From: Octopus vulgaris
Taxonomy: Eukaryota
Assembly (NCBI GenBank): GCA_951406725.2
Contig: OX597830.1
Location: forward strand, 65,906,001 to 65,970,000
Direction: 5' to 3'
Length of the DNA stretch: 64,000 nucleotides
Shown: positions 52,627 to 64,000 of the stretch, piece after piece
How positions within the stretch are numbered: the first letter of the stretch is position 1
How the letters are laid out: each line of letters begins with the position of its first letter
Program-made: the position numbers and the translations under genes
Notes under the pieces: model-generated
What the model was told of the DNA's origin: nothing
Databases searched by the model: none
The model's input: the letters and a program-made list of their open reading frames with translations, nothing else

Positions 52627-53720
52627 GGTGGTGGTGGTGGTGGTGGTGGTGGTGGTGTTTGGTGCAGGAGGTGCTGGTGGTGGTGGTAACGGTGGTGGTG
52701 GTGGTGTCATTGGTAGTAGTGGTGCTGACTGTGATGTCTGCTGAGGAGTGTTGGTTGTTATTGGTATAACTAACAGTGATGATGGTAGTGAAAGTGTTAA
52801 TGATGGAGGTAGCAGTGGGAGGGTGGGGTGTGTTATGATGATGTTTGTATTAGAACAGTAACAACGGGGGTGGGTGAGGGGTTATGTCGTGGAAGGCATC
52901 AGAGGTGGTGGAAGTGGTGGTGATGGTGGCTAGGATGAGGGTGGGGATGGTAGTTAGGATGGTGGCTGTAACATTGTTGGTGGTGGTGACAGGCTTTGAT
53001 GATGCAGATGGCAGTGATTGTTATGATGGTGGTGGTGTTTGTTGGTGGTAGGGGTGGTGGTATTAGTGGTGATGTTGGTAATAGTGGTGGTGGTGTTGGC
53101 TGTGTTGGTGCTGTTGATTGTGGTGGTGGCTGTAGTATAATGCGGTTGTGATGATGGCAGTGGCAGTGGTGATAGCGGCAGTGGAGGTGGTGATGGTGGT
53201 GGTGGTGGTGGTGGTGGTTGTGTAGGTAGTAGTATGATGTAGTTGTGGTGGTAGCGATAGTTGAGAGGGTAACAGTGGTGGTTGTTGTCGTCAAAGTCAC
53301 AGCAGTAGCTCACTGTAACCTACTTCTAAGTATGTTTATAAGAATTTATGTGAATATCATCACCATCACCATCACCGACACTGTCATCATTATCAACAAT
53401 AACAACAACAACAATAACAGCAATACCAATGCTGCCAACACCACAACCACCACCACCACCACTATCCTCACCATCACAACCAGTACCACCAACACCATCA
53501 CCATCATCATCATAATCATCGTCATCACCGATACCATCGGCATCATCACCATGACCGCTGCCACAGCTACCAGTGCTACCACCACCACCACCACCACCAC
53601 CACCACTACACCAACCACCATCCCCATCACTATCATCATCATCATTACCATCACCATCAGCATCATCATAATGACAATGATGATGACCACCACCTCCACC
53701 ACCACCACCATCACTGTCAT
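52200..53720. repeat. Low-complexity block: (TGGT)n and (GGT/GAT)n, then strand-switched (CAC/CAT)n
   Basis: Read directly. Polarity switches at ~53310-53355. Confidence 0.9.
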
Positions 53721-54261
53721 TTTACATGTTTTTTTCCTCATGTTTGCACAAGATAAATAAGTAAATATTGGAATAAAATATTTATAAAAAAAAAACAACA
53801 CTAACAATAACAAAATACAAAATACAAAACCAAAACCAAAAGCTAAAAGCCAAAAACTAAAAACCAAAAGCACCCCCCAAAAAACAAAAACAACAAAAAC
53901 AATTTAACAAAAACAAAGAAAAATTACTATAGAAACTGTTTTCAAAACAAAAACAACAACAACAACAACAGCAACAGAAAATATTCATATTTTATTGGAT
54001 TGGATTATTGCCAAACAAACCCAAAGTTCTTCAGAATTTCGTATAAATATCTTACTCTGCTATTTTCATAACGATTCTTATTAATATTGTAAGAGTCGTT
54101 TTAATTTTAAACTTTTTCATTTCTGCAACTTTAAATATTACATCTATTTTTGACATCAAGTGCAATGTTTGAAGTTTAAAGGGAATAAGAAGTCTTCAGA
54201 GGATTAATAGAAGATTAAATTCTTTTGAGTTTCTTCCATGCTGTGTTATTTCCTGAGCCAA

Positions 54262-54459
54262 ATCATCATCATCATCATCATCATCATCGTTTAACGTCCG
54301 TTCTCCATGCTAGCATGGGTTGGACAGTTCTACCAGGGATCTGGGAAGCCAGAAGGCTGCACCAGGCTCCAGTCTTATCTGGCAATGTTTCTACAGCTGG
54401 ATGCCCTTCCTAACGCCAACCACTCCGTGAGTGTAGTGGGTGCTTTTTACGTGCCACCA
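54262..54459 (-). mobile_element. SINE family E
   Basis: (cat)n gtttaacgtccg...gggtgctttttacgtgccacca. Confidence 0.88.
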
Positions 54460-54503
<44 letters not shown>

Positions 54504-54559
54504 GAATAATATTAATAATTTTCAAATTTTTGTTGCAAGGCCAGCTTGGAGGGAGGTGG

Positions 54560-54757
54560 GGATGAGTCGATTACATTGTTCCCCAGTATGTAACTGGTAC
54601 TTATTTTATCAATCCCCAAAAGGATGAAAGGCAAAGTTGACCTCAGTGGAATTTGAACTCAGAACGTAGCGGCAGACAAAATACTGCTAGGCATGCTAAC
54701 GATTCTGCCAGCTCGCTGCCTTATGCCAGCTCACTGCCTTATGCCAGCTTGCTGCCT
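54560..54757 (-). mobile_element. SINE family B variant with triplicated 18-bp head
   Basis: Core matches family B; tgccagct(c/t)(g/a)ctgcctt occurs three times. Confidence 0.8.
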
Positions 54758-54789
54758 TTATAATAATAATAACAATAAGAATAATAAGA

Positions 54790-55150
54790 AGAAAAGCACA
54801 CAGAGAGCGCAAACCTTCTCCAAGGCAACACCAACATCCTCTCAACAATTAGCCGGAGATGATTTTTAAAATGCGAATATCTGAAATAAACCCAACTGCT
54901 CTCACAAATGAGAGTAATAAAAATGAACTCAACCACTCTCAAAAATTAAGTAAAAAAACAGGAAAAATAATCCAGAATCCTTGTCCAGTACCGGATCGAT
55001 CTCAGAATCTAATCAGTTCATGCCAGTCATGAGGCCAAACATCCCTGAAAGTTTCATCCAAATCTATTCAGCGATTCTTCAGATATCTTGTCCATGGATA
55101 AACAAACACAACTAAAAACAATACCCCTGCTTTCGCTAAGGCGGAAGTAA
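54790..55150. mobile_element. Putative Helentron-associated (HINE/DINE-1-like) element
   Basis: aagcacacagagagcgcaaacc end, imperfect sub-terminal inverted motifs (ccttctccaagg / ctaaggcggaagt), tgaaagtttcatccaaatc core and (AAT)n flanks. The resemblance is from memory only. Confidence 0.5.
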
Positions 55151-55652
55151 TAATAATAATAATAATAATAATAATGGTTTCACCATCATTATCATCAACA
55201 TCATTGTTGCCAATGCCTTCATCATTGTCATCATCATCATCATCATTATCATCCTCATACAACCACCACCACCACCACCACTCCTGAGTAAATAAGTTAC
55301 CAGTAATATATTTGTGTCAATTAAATACTCTGCTCTATTCATTATTCAATGAATATTCAATTAATAGTTGCAGAATCAGATTTCAAATCCCCGCAGGACT
55401 GACATTGCTTTCCATCTTGGTAATACTGAATGAATCACAATGACAGAAGGCATTTTTCATGGCAAGTAACTAGGACTGGCACCACCATATTTCTTAAGGA
55501 ATAGCTGCAGGCATGGCTGTGTGATAAGAACTTTGCTTCCTGACTTCAGGGTTCAGGGTTTTAGTCCCACAGCAGCAGCGGTATTCAACTATAGCCTCAG
55601 GTCAGCCAAAATCTTGTTAGAGGATTTAGGTGACAGAAACTGAAAGAAGCTC

Positions 55653-55704
<52 letters not shown>

Positions 55705-55949
55705 TGTGTATGTGTGTGTATATGTGTGTGTGTGTATGTGTGTGTGTGTGTGTGTGTGTATGTGTGTGTGTCCTTTTGTTTGTGTTTGTCCCCACTTAAT
55801 AACTGGTTTTGGTGTGTTTACATCTATGTGACTTTGCAAATTCTACCAGTCTCTTTTGTCAAAGAGTTCAGTAGAATATGTACCAAGCATTACAAAGGAA
55901 AGTACTGGGAGCAATTCATTGCAAATATTATCCTTATACCCAGACCTCT

Positions 55950-56200
55950 GAGAGGAATTTGACAAGTAAAATGGAACAAGACTATGTTCAGACACTGGGA
56001 GGAGCTATACCTGCTGGGAGAAATTTGGCAAGGCAGAACAAGACCACTTTCAGGCCCTGGGAGGGAGTGTCTTCTCTGAGAGGAATTTTACAAGGCAGAA
56101 CAAAAGTACATTTATGCTCTGGGAGAGAACGTCGACTCTCTCACTCTCTCTCTCTGAGAGAAATTTGGCAAAGTGGAACAAGACTGCTTTCTGGCCAGAG
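55950..56200 (+). repeat. Four degenerate tandem units of about 60-80 bp
   Basis: gaga(g)(g/a)aattt..caa....gaacaa recurs at about 55950, 56018, 56078 and 56156. Confidence 0.65.
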
Positions 56201-56589
56201 GAGGGAGTTTTCTCTCAAAATTTGAATGGTCTGTGAAGGTTTTGGGGTTGGGGAGGAAAGGCCTAATAGAAAGTCGAAAGTCTCACCTTGCCTTTTTTGC
56301 ATCTCAGACTGATGCAGCAGAGGAATTCCCCTCTCCATCACTAATGGTCTGCTTGTGTCTAACTTAAAACTTTCTCGATATTGTTGTTGTTATTGTCAAG
56401 TTTAGCAATGATGGATAAATCCTGTTATCAACAACCTTATCAGAGAACTTCTATGTGATCATGATCAAGTGACCCTTTCCTCTGAATTTTTTTTTTTGTT
56501 ATGGCTTCATCAGATAAGGAAAACAAGTGTTCAAGACCATCTTGAAAGCTTTAAAGACTTGGTTATGGAGATGCATTGTGCAACAAAAC

Positions 56590-56685
56590 AGTTCGTATTT
56601 AGTTGATTAAAAATGTAATGGCAAGTATTTATTGACCTTTTTCTTTCCTTTAAAAATCGGCACAAACTTTCCGGACAGCCCAATA
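56590..56685 (-). mobile_element. Solo mariner-type TIR end
   Basis: The minus strand reads TA-ttgggctgtccggaaagtttgtgccgattttt. Confidence 0.55.
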
Positions 56686-57354
56686 AATAATCCAGTACAG
56701 ACCAGTGTCCCACCAAAGGAGGAAAATATACACCAGAGAAGCCAAGAAACCAGCCCTATGCTCCTTAGGGAGTGATGAGGACTAACCATTGACAACATTA
56801 TCAATGATTATAATAAATGGTTTGCCCTGCATATAATTTCAATATATTTATCTATATTTAGCCAACCTTCAGTCAAATATGCTACATAATTTCTTTATTT
56901 ACACAGCAAGTTGCCTGTTTGTTATTTCAACACAATAAAATAGCCACATAGAACAAAGCACTTCTCAAAAAAATAGGCGGATTTTGTTATTGATGTTGCA
57001 AATGGATTCATTTGTTGCTATAAATTTTTAAATATGAAATGGGAGAGAAGTCTACCTGTTGATTGTTAAGCTATCAAATAGATGCAGTGTTTATTGATGA
57101 GTCTAGGCTAGTGATGTAATGCTTTATTATTTTCTAAATAAGTCTATTGTAATGTTACATGAGTGTCATCAATGGCCCGGCCTCTGAACATAGTAACTAT
57201 GTCTGTTTATCTATCTATCTGTCTCTCACTCTCTCTTTCTCTTTCTCTCTCTCTCACTCTCTCTCTCTCTCTCTATAGAAAGGAAGAAAGAGAAAGAGTA
57301 TGTGAATGTCTCTCTCTCTCTCTCTCTTTCTATATATATATATATACATAATAT

Positions 57355-57785
57355 AGGCGTAGGAGTGGCTGTGTGGTAAGTAGCTTGCTTATGAACCACA
57401 TGGTTCTGGGTTCAGTCCCACTGCATGGTACCTTGGGCAAGTGTCTTCTCTTATAGCCTCAGGCCAACCAAAGCCTTGTGAGTGGATTTGGTAGACGGAA
57501 ACTGAAAGAAGCCCATCGTATGTATGTATATGTGTATATATATGTGTGTGTGCATGTGTGTGTGTGTGTGTGTGTGTGTTTGTGTGTCTGCGTTTGTCCC
57601 ACCAACATCGCTTGACAACCGATGCTGATGTGTTTGCATCCCCGTAATCTAGCAGTTCAGCAAAAGAGACCGATAGAATAAGTACTGGGCTTACAAAGAG
57701 TAAGTCCTGGGGTCAATTTGCTCGACTATAGGTGGTGCTCCAGCATGGCCACAGTCACATGACTGAAACAAGTAAAAGAGTAAAA

Positions 57786-57790
<5 letters not shown>
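57355..57790 (+). mobile_element. SINE family A, full length
   Basis: Colinear with the 45497 copy. Confidence 0.92.
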
Positions 57791-57818
<28 letters not shown>

Positions 57819-57819
<1 letters not shown>

Positions 57820-57917
57820 TTTATTTAAAAGCAGCAGAAATTCAACAAAACCTGTTACTCGGAGTTTCACGTTCCCAGTAACAGGTTTTGTTGAATTTCT
57901 GGTGCCTTTAAATAAAG
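57819..57917. repeat. Foldback palindrome with 41-bp arms
   Basis: 57819-57859 pairs with 57877-57917, with 2 mismatches and a 17-nt spacer. Confidence 0.92.
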
Positions 57918-57990
57918 CATATTACTCTACCCTTGGTATTTGAGTACTCTTTTTTTCCACCTTGTTTCACATTTATGTGTTTACTCCGGT

Positions 57991-58022
<32 letters not shown>

Positions 58023-58394
58023 GAAAAATACAAACTGGGACAAGAACGTAAAACATTTTGGAAGACGATACAAAAAACATGGACGGGGCATTCAAAGCCT
58101 TCAACCTTCAGTCAAGAACCGGATCATCGTAGCAATTTCGGCTGATTAATCTTGAGATCGCTCTGATCCGGCCAGCCCCAAGGAAAAACTAATCTACGAG
58201 CATTAGATTTCTTGGAAGAAGGATCGAATGTATACGAAACAGGGACAGAAAAACGGACGATGCCACACGAATATAAAATACAAAAAACAATAATGAAATA
58301 CAAAAAACAATAATGGTAAATACATCTATATATGTATAGATAGGGAGGGAGAAAGAGAGAAAGGGGGAGATAAATAGACAGATATAAATAGATA

Positions 58395-58779
58395 TCTCTC
58401 TCTATATAAACAGCAGTTTGTCTGTGTGTGTTTCTGTGTGTCTGTTTGGTTGTACCCTCACTCTGACCACGGCTTTCAACTGATTCTGATGAAACTTGAC
58501 ACACACATAGCCCAATGTCATAATTCAAAACTAACGCAGCGAAAATTTTGAAAAGTTCCCCCAGTTCTGAAAAAAATCGATAAATTCGACATGGGGTCGA
58601 GAATGAGAAACACAAACCACAGATTGTCTAGGGGACGCAACTCCACCTTTTTAACTCTCAAAAAAAAAATTACCATCATTTTTTTCCAATTTTTTTGTTA
58701 TATTTTGGCTATAACTCTCTAAAAATGCTTTATAGTTATTTCCCTTACAAACCCGAGCAACGCCGGGCGATACTGCTAG
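58395..58779 (+). mobile_element. Non-autonomous Helitron monomer (subfamily of 51148)
   Basis: A|TCtctc...cccgagcaacgccgggcgatactgCTAG|T. Confidence 0.88.
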
Positions 58780-59034
58780 TATAGATATAAATATAGAAAT
58801 GTGTATTGATCATGGTACATGTTTCAGTCTTGTGCTTATTTTGATTTCTATCTATGGTGGACCAAGCTGTGAACCATAAAAGTATTCAAACATAAACACA
58901 CACACACACATAAACAGAAACACACACACACACATATATATGTGTGTGTATACATTGTAATAATAACAATAATCCATGGATGGAATTAATAGATAGGACA
59001 TATACTGATTTATGCATCGATAGCAAGATATATA

Positions 59035-59183
59035 TATAGGTGTGTGTGTGTGTGTGTGTGTATGTGTGTGTGTGTGTGTGTGTGTTCATAATATCGATAC
59101 ACAAATATTGCTAGATAGAGAGACAGACAGACAGATAGATAACAGCCAGACAAACATACAAATAGATATATATATATATATAT

Positions 59184-59282
<99 letters not shown>

Positions 59283-59309
59283 TAGATAGATAGATAGATA
59301 GATATATAT

Positions 59310-59342
<33 letters not shown>

Positions 59343-59495
59343 AAGACAGACACATGCATACATACATACAAACATCCATCCATCCATCCATCTATCCATA
59401 CATATATACATACATTCATACATACATACATACATACATACATACATACACACATACATACATAGACAGACAGACAGATGGACAAACGGACGGAC

Positions 59496-59526
<31 letters not shown>

Positions 59527-59541
59527 TAGATAGATAGATAT

Positions 59542-59572
<31 letters not shown>

Positions 59573-59705
59573 CGTATGTATGTCAGTAGGCAGGCAGGTA
59601 GGTAGGTAGGTAGGTAGGTAGGTAGGTAGGTAGGTAGGTAGGCAAGTAGGTAGGTAGGTAGGTAGGCAGGTAGATATGTAGGTAGGTAGGTAGGTAGGTA
59701 GGTAG
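59035..59705. repeat. Compound microsatellite (TG, GATA, TA, GACA, CATC, CATA, GGTA)
   Basis: Read directly. Confidence 0.92.
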
Positions 59706-60467
59706 ATTTGTTTGTTCATTTAACACCTGTTTTCCAAGCTCCGAAGGATTAGATGGGAGTGGGTAGGTACTTGAGGGATTGATTTTTATGGCTCTTCATG
59801 TCCCCCAACCTTTACCTGTTTTTCAAGTAAGGGAATTTTAGTTCCGGAGAAATTCAAAAGCACAGAGCCAGTGGATGGATGGTTTGTAAACAGGAAAATT
59901 TCAACAAACGTTAACCAATTGCAGCTTATCTACAAACAGTGATGTCATCATCTGTAGGCTAAAGCTATTTGTAAATAGCTGCTGACGCACTCATGCATAT
60001 GCATGTGCCCACATGCATATGTATGCACACACATACATACGCATACACACATGCATATGCACGCACACACATGCATACACACACAGAAATTCATGCACAC
60101 ACATGCGTGCATATGCACACACATATGAATGCACACACACACGTGTTAACATACATGCATGCATGGACACACAAGCACATACACAAATGCATGCACGCAC
60201 ATGCACACACACACACAAGCACACACATGCACACATACACACAGATCTTCTGCCTACCAAATTTCCTCACATGATATTGGTTGGCCCACAACTACTATAT
60301 TAGACGCCAATTGCAGAAGATGCAGGAGAGTGAGATTGAACCCAAAACCATCCAGTTAGAAAGTTAACTTAACAGCAAGTAACCACACACCTTGAAGCAT
60401 CACTACTCAGTTTCCATCAAGTAAATCCCATTCACGCAGTACTGAACAATTTGAGGTCATATAGATA

Positions 60468-60822
60468 CAGGCATGGCTGTATGGAAAAGAGTTTGCTTCA
60501 CAACCACATGGTTCCAGGTTCAGTTCCAGTGTGTGGCACCTTGGGCAAGTTTCTTCCACTATAGCCTCAGGTCAGCCAAAGACTTATGAGTGGATTTGGT
60601 ACAGAGAAACTGAAAGAAGCCCATCATATATACACGAAGGACGCTGAAAAGTTCCTGGTTTTGGGTAAAAGAAAATACAGGAGGATCAGATAATGATGAT
60701 TTTAATCAACATATTCCCCTCTCAGATCCACGCACTTATTGCAGCACATCACCCAGTCTAGGAATCGAAACCACAATCTTATGATCATGAGTGCAACAGC
60801 CTGACCACTAAGCCACGGGCCC
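60468..60822. mobile_element. Cluster of SINE A 5' half (+), MITE fragment and tRNA-SINE head (-)
   Basis: Matches to families A and C and to the 28055 MITE. Confidence 0.75.
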
Positions 60823-61208
60823 CAGCACATACATACATGCATACATACATACATACATACATACATACATACATACATACATACATACATACATACATAC
60901 ATACATGCATGCATGCATGCATACATACACACACACATACATACATACACACATACATACATACATACATACTATTTTATGCATTTTAGTCCAAAGACTG
61001 TGGCCATGCTGGGGCACCCTTCCACACAGTTTCCATCCATTAAATTCATTCACCAAGGCATTAGTTGACCCATGGCTAAGGAGAAGACATTTACCCAAGG
61101 TGTTGCACAGTAGCACTGAATTTGAAACTACATGGTTGTAAAGGAAACATCTTAATGACACAACCATAGAACATCATTTCCTAGAAGTATATGTACATAG
61201 ATGTACAT

Positions 61209-61500
61209 ATGCCGGTGTCACATAACTGGCACCTGTGCCAGTAACATGTAAAAAACACCATTTGAGTATTGGGTCGCATGGAGGCAATGTGACTGATGCC
61301 GGCGTCACATAACTTGTACCTATGCCAGTGGCATGTAAAACCACCCATTTCACTCTTGGAGTGAAGGGCATCCAGCCAAAGAAACCATACCAAATCAGAC
61401 TGGAGTCCCTCAGCTTACCAACCTTGGTCAAACCATCCAACTCATGCCAGCATGGACAACAAACTTTAAATAACAATGATGATGAGGATGATGAAGATGA
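61209..61500 (+). mobile_element. Diverged SINE family E with a duplicated internal unit
   Basis: tgccgg.gtcacataact...acct.tgccagt..catgtaaaa.cacc occurs twice, then gaagggcatccagcc...gcatgga...(gat)n. Confidence 0.7.
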
Positions 61501-61774
61501 TACATGTACCAGAATCTCAGCACACAGCAATACACAGCTCAGAATGAAAGTCTTTGACTAATATTTTATTCTCAGGATCACTCATTAAAATTCTGCTGAA
61601 TGCCCATCTTTTCTCTACAGACAACAACTCGCAAAATTTTCATATAAATTTCATCAACATCAGCCTCAAGGGGTAACCTCTATGTGGTCACTCAATCTCC
61701 AAGAAATAGCAACCAAATCACATCTTCAATTCCCATCCAATTGTCTTTCAAAAGACATGTACACATTGGACAAG

Positions 61775-62225
61775 ACAATGGATACATTGAAACTCCGACG
61801 TCTGGCAGCTGACTTGGCAGACACCCATAAAATTATCAACCATCTTACAAACAATAACACTGAGCACCTTTTCAAACTTCACCTGTCTAACACCCGTGGA
61901 CATGTTTACAAAGTCAGAAAACAGCGCAGCTCCCATGACTTCAGGAAACATTTTTTCACGCTGTGAGTTGCTGAAGCATGGAACAAACTGCCAGCATCAG
62001 TTGTTAGTTGTCGGAGCACTGCATCCTTCAAGACTTCCATGCTTCCTGAGATTTACCAACACTACACCTGATTTTCTCTCCTCCATAGCATGTATCTGAC
62101 TCATACACTGATTGCTTTCCAGATATTTGTACATTACTGCATATACCTTATACGTACTTTTGACAAGTTGTGGTGCACCTGAGCACTGTATACAATAATT
62201 TCATTATTTTATTTTTATTTTTTTA
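61775..62225 (+). mobile_element. CR1-type LINE 3' fragment, third family
   Basis: MDTLKLRRLAADL..TRGHVYKV..FRKHFFTL*VAEAWNKLP..FK, then a UTR and an ATT/T-rich tail. Confidence 0.82.
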
Positions 62226-62774
62226 ACCATAAACATACAAGAATAGATGGTGATCATAAACTTCGAGTGAATGCCTTTCATCATAGGTCTGCCTTATCAG
62301 GATTGACCTGGGATTAAACAACAACAACAACAGTAACAACAACAACAACCTCAGCATCTTATGACGACCAATAAAGGTTACTTTGATAACTTTGATAGGT
62401 TTTGGCCAGTATAGGCCCAGGCCTTGTCTAACTCAACAGCACCACCGTTATAAGTGCTGTCCATCCTCTACTTCTGGCTAAATGATGAAACACAATGAAA
62501 AGGTGCCAACGAGACCAAATCAATAACAACTTTGTTGATTATGGCAAACAGTATCCCGCCTACAGACGCAATACAATGTACTGGAACAAGCACTGAAATT
62601 GTTAAAAAACATGTACAGATTTAATTAGTAAATTAAGCACTAACACACTTAAGTGATGAGAATGATAATGCTAATTAATTGAGACTTCCCATATTGAGAG
62701 GCAAGCATTGATCGATGCTGAAAGCAACCAAACAACACAAGGGTGACAACGAAGAAAGATAAAAAAATATATCT

Positions 62775-63200
62775 TCTGTTATCTTCTTTGATTTGTGTAG
62801 GTCATTAGATTGCGGCCATGCTAGAGCACTGCCTTGAAGAATTTTAGTCAAATTTATCAATCCTAGTACTTATTGTTTTTTTTTTTTGTAAAACCTGGTA
62901 CTCATTCTATCAGTGTCTTTTGCTGAACCACTAAGTTATGGGGATGTAAACACACCAACACTGATTGTCAAGTGTTGGCGGGGATCAAACACATACACAG
63001 AAGACATGTATATACACACACACACACATACACACATACACACATATGATGGGCTTCTTTCAGCTTCTGTCAACCAAATCCGCACACAAGGTTTTGGTCA
63101 GCCTGAGGCTATAGCAGAAGACCTAAGGTGCCACACAGTGGAACTGAACCCAGAACCATGTAGTTGGGAAGCAAACTTCTTACCACACAGCCACATCTAT
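62775..63200 (-). mobile_element. Diverged SINE family A
   Basis: Colinear with the reverse complement of the 45497 copy. Confidence 0.8.
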
Positions 63201-63781
63201 GCTTATATACTTACCAATGATTGAGATACTCACATAAAAACCGGGACCACATACGATGTGTTCCATTGGAACTAATTAATCTAATGAAGCAGTTCTTCAT
63301 TTACATGTAGTCATAGCCACGATGCATTTTATTTCAGCATACTGGTGTAGCCATGTGTTAAAGAATTTGCTTCACAGTCACTTGGGTTTTGGTTCAATCC
63401 CACTACATGGCATCTTGGGCAGGTGTCTTCTACTATATCCCCAAATTGACCAAAGTCTTGTGAGTGCATTTGGAGGACAGAAGCTCATCATGTATATTTA
63501 TATTTGTGTGTGAGTGTGTGTATCTGTATGTGACTACCTCCTTCCCATGCTTGCATAGAAAGATGGTTTTTAAAATTATGATGATGATGATGATGATAAC
63601 TACACCAGGAACTTCTATCCCCATTAATGTTGGTATGCTCCCAGATTCCTGTCGTGTGTCTCTGCTAGTTGCATCAATGTAGTTTAGTTGTCTTTATCTT
63701 CTTCTAGAACACAGAAGTTTCCAAATTATAACATCCGGTATAGTCTGGTGTTCCTCACAACCAAAAAGGTAAATAAAGTCT

Positions 63782-63995
63782 AAGGTAATGAGCTGGCAGA
63801 AACGTTAGCACACCAGGTGAAATGCTTGGCAGTATTTCGTCTGTTGTTACATTCTGAGTTCAAATTCCGCTGAGGTTGACTTTGCCTTTCATCATTTCAG
63901 AGTTGGTAAATTAAGTACCAGTTGTGTACTGGGATCAATCTAATCGACAGACCCCCTCCCCCAAAAATTTTGGGCCTTGTGCCGAGAGTAGAAAA
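63782..63995 (+). mobile_element. SINE family B variant
   Basis: aagg...gagctggcagaaacgttagc...gagttcaaattcc...gcctttcatc...taagtaccag. Confidence 0.85.
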
Positions 63996-64000
63996 GAAAA

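Noticed and set aside
63690-63775. Possible small + strand exon (ttctag ... aag|gtaaat)
   Set aside because: The surrounding minus-strand sequence looks more like a decayed LINE 3' end, and there is no supporting evidence.

Overview
This is AT-rich, repeat-dense eukaryotic intergenic or intronic DNA. The SINE and microsatellite landscape resembles what I recall for octopus (coleoid cephalopod) genomes, but that is an inference with no database search behind it. I found no host protein-coding gene I can support, and nearly all listed ORFs are microsatellite artefacts. Bases 1-15288 are an almost pure purine (GAAA/GGAA) satellite with a hidden higher-order duplication of about 7.5-8.2 kb. The rest is a mosaic of mobile elements. 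Retroelements: a 5'-truncated CR1-type LINE with an uninterrupted RT frame, a decayed Penelope-like element with inverted pseudo-LTRs, RTE and CR1 remnants, and at least five SINE families. DNA elements: Tc1/mariner and piggyBac-type elements and non-autonomous Helitrons, including two head-to-tail dimers. The most interesting signals are: (i) several type I hammerhead-ribozyme folds in pLTR-like elements, (ii) a SINE/LINE pair sharing a 3' tail whose hairpin shows compensatory changes, (iii) rolling-circle Helitron dimers with exchanged internal sequence, and (iv) two satellites grown out of one SINE family. SINE family letters A-E are my own labels, and the ends of degenerate elements are approximate.
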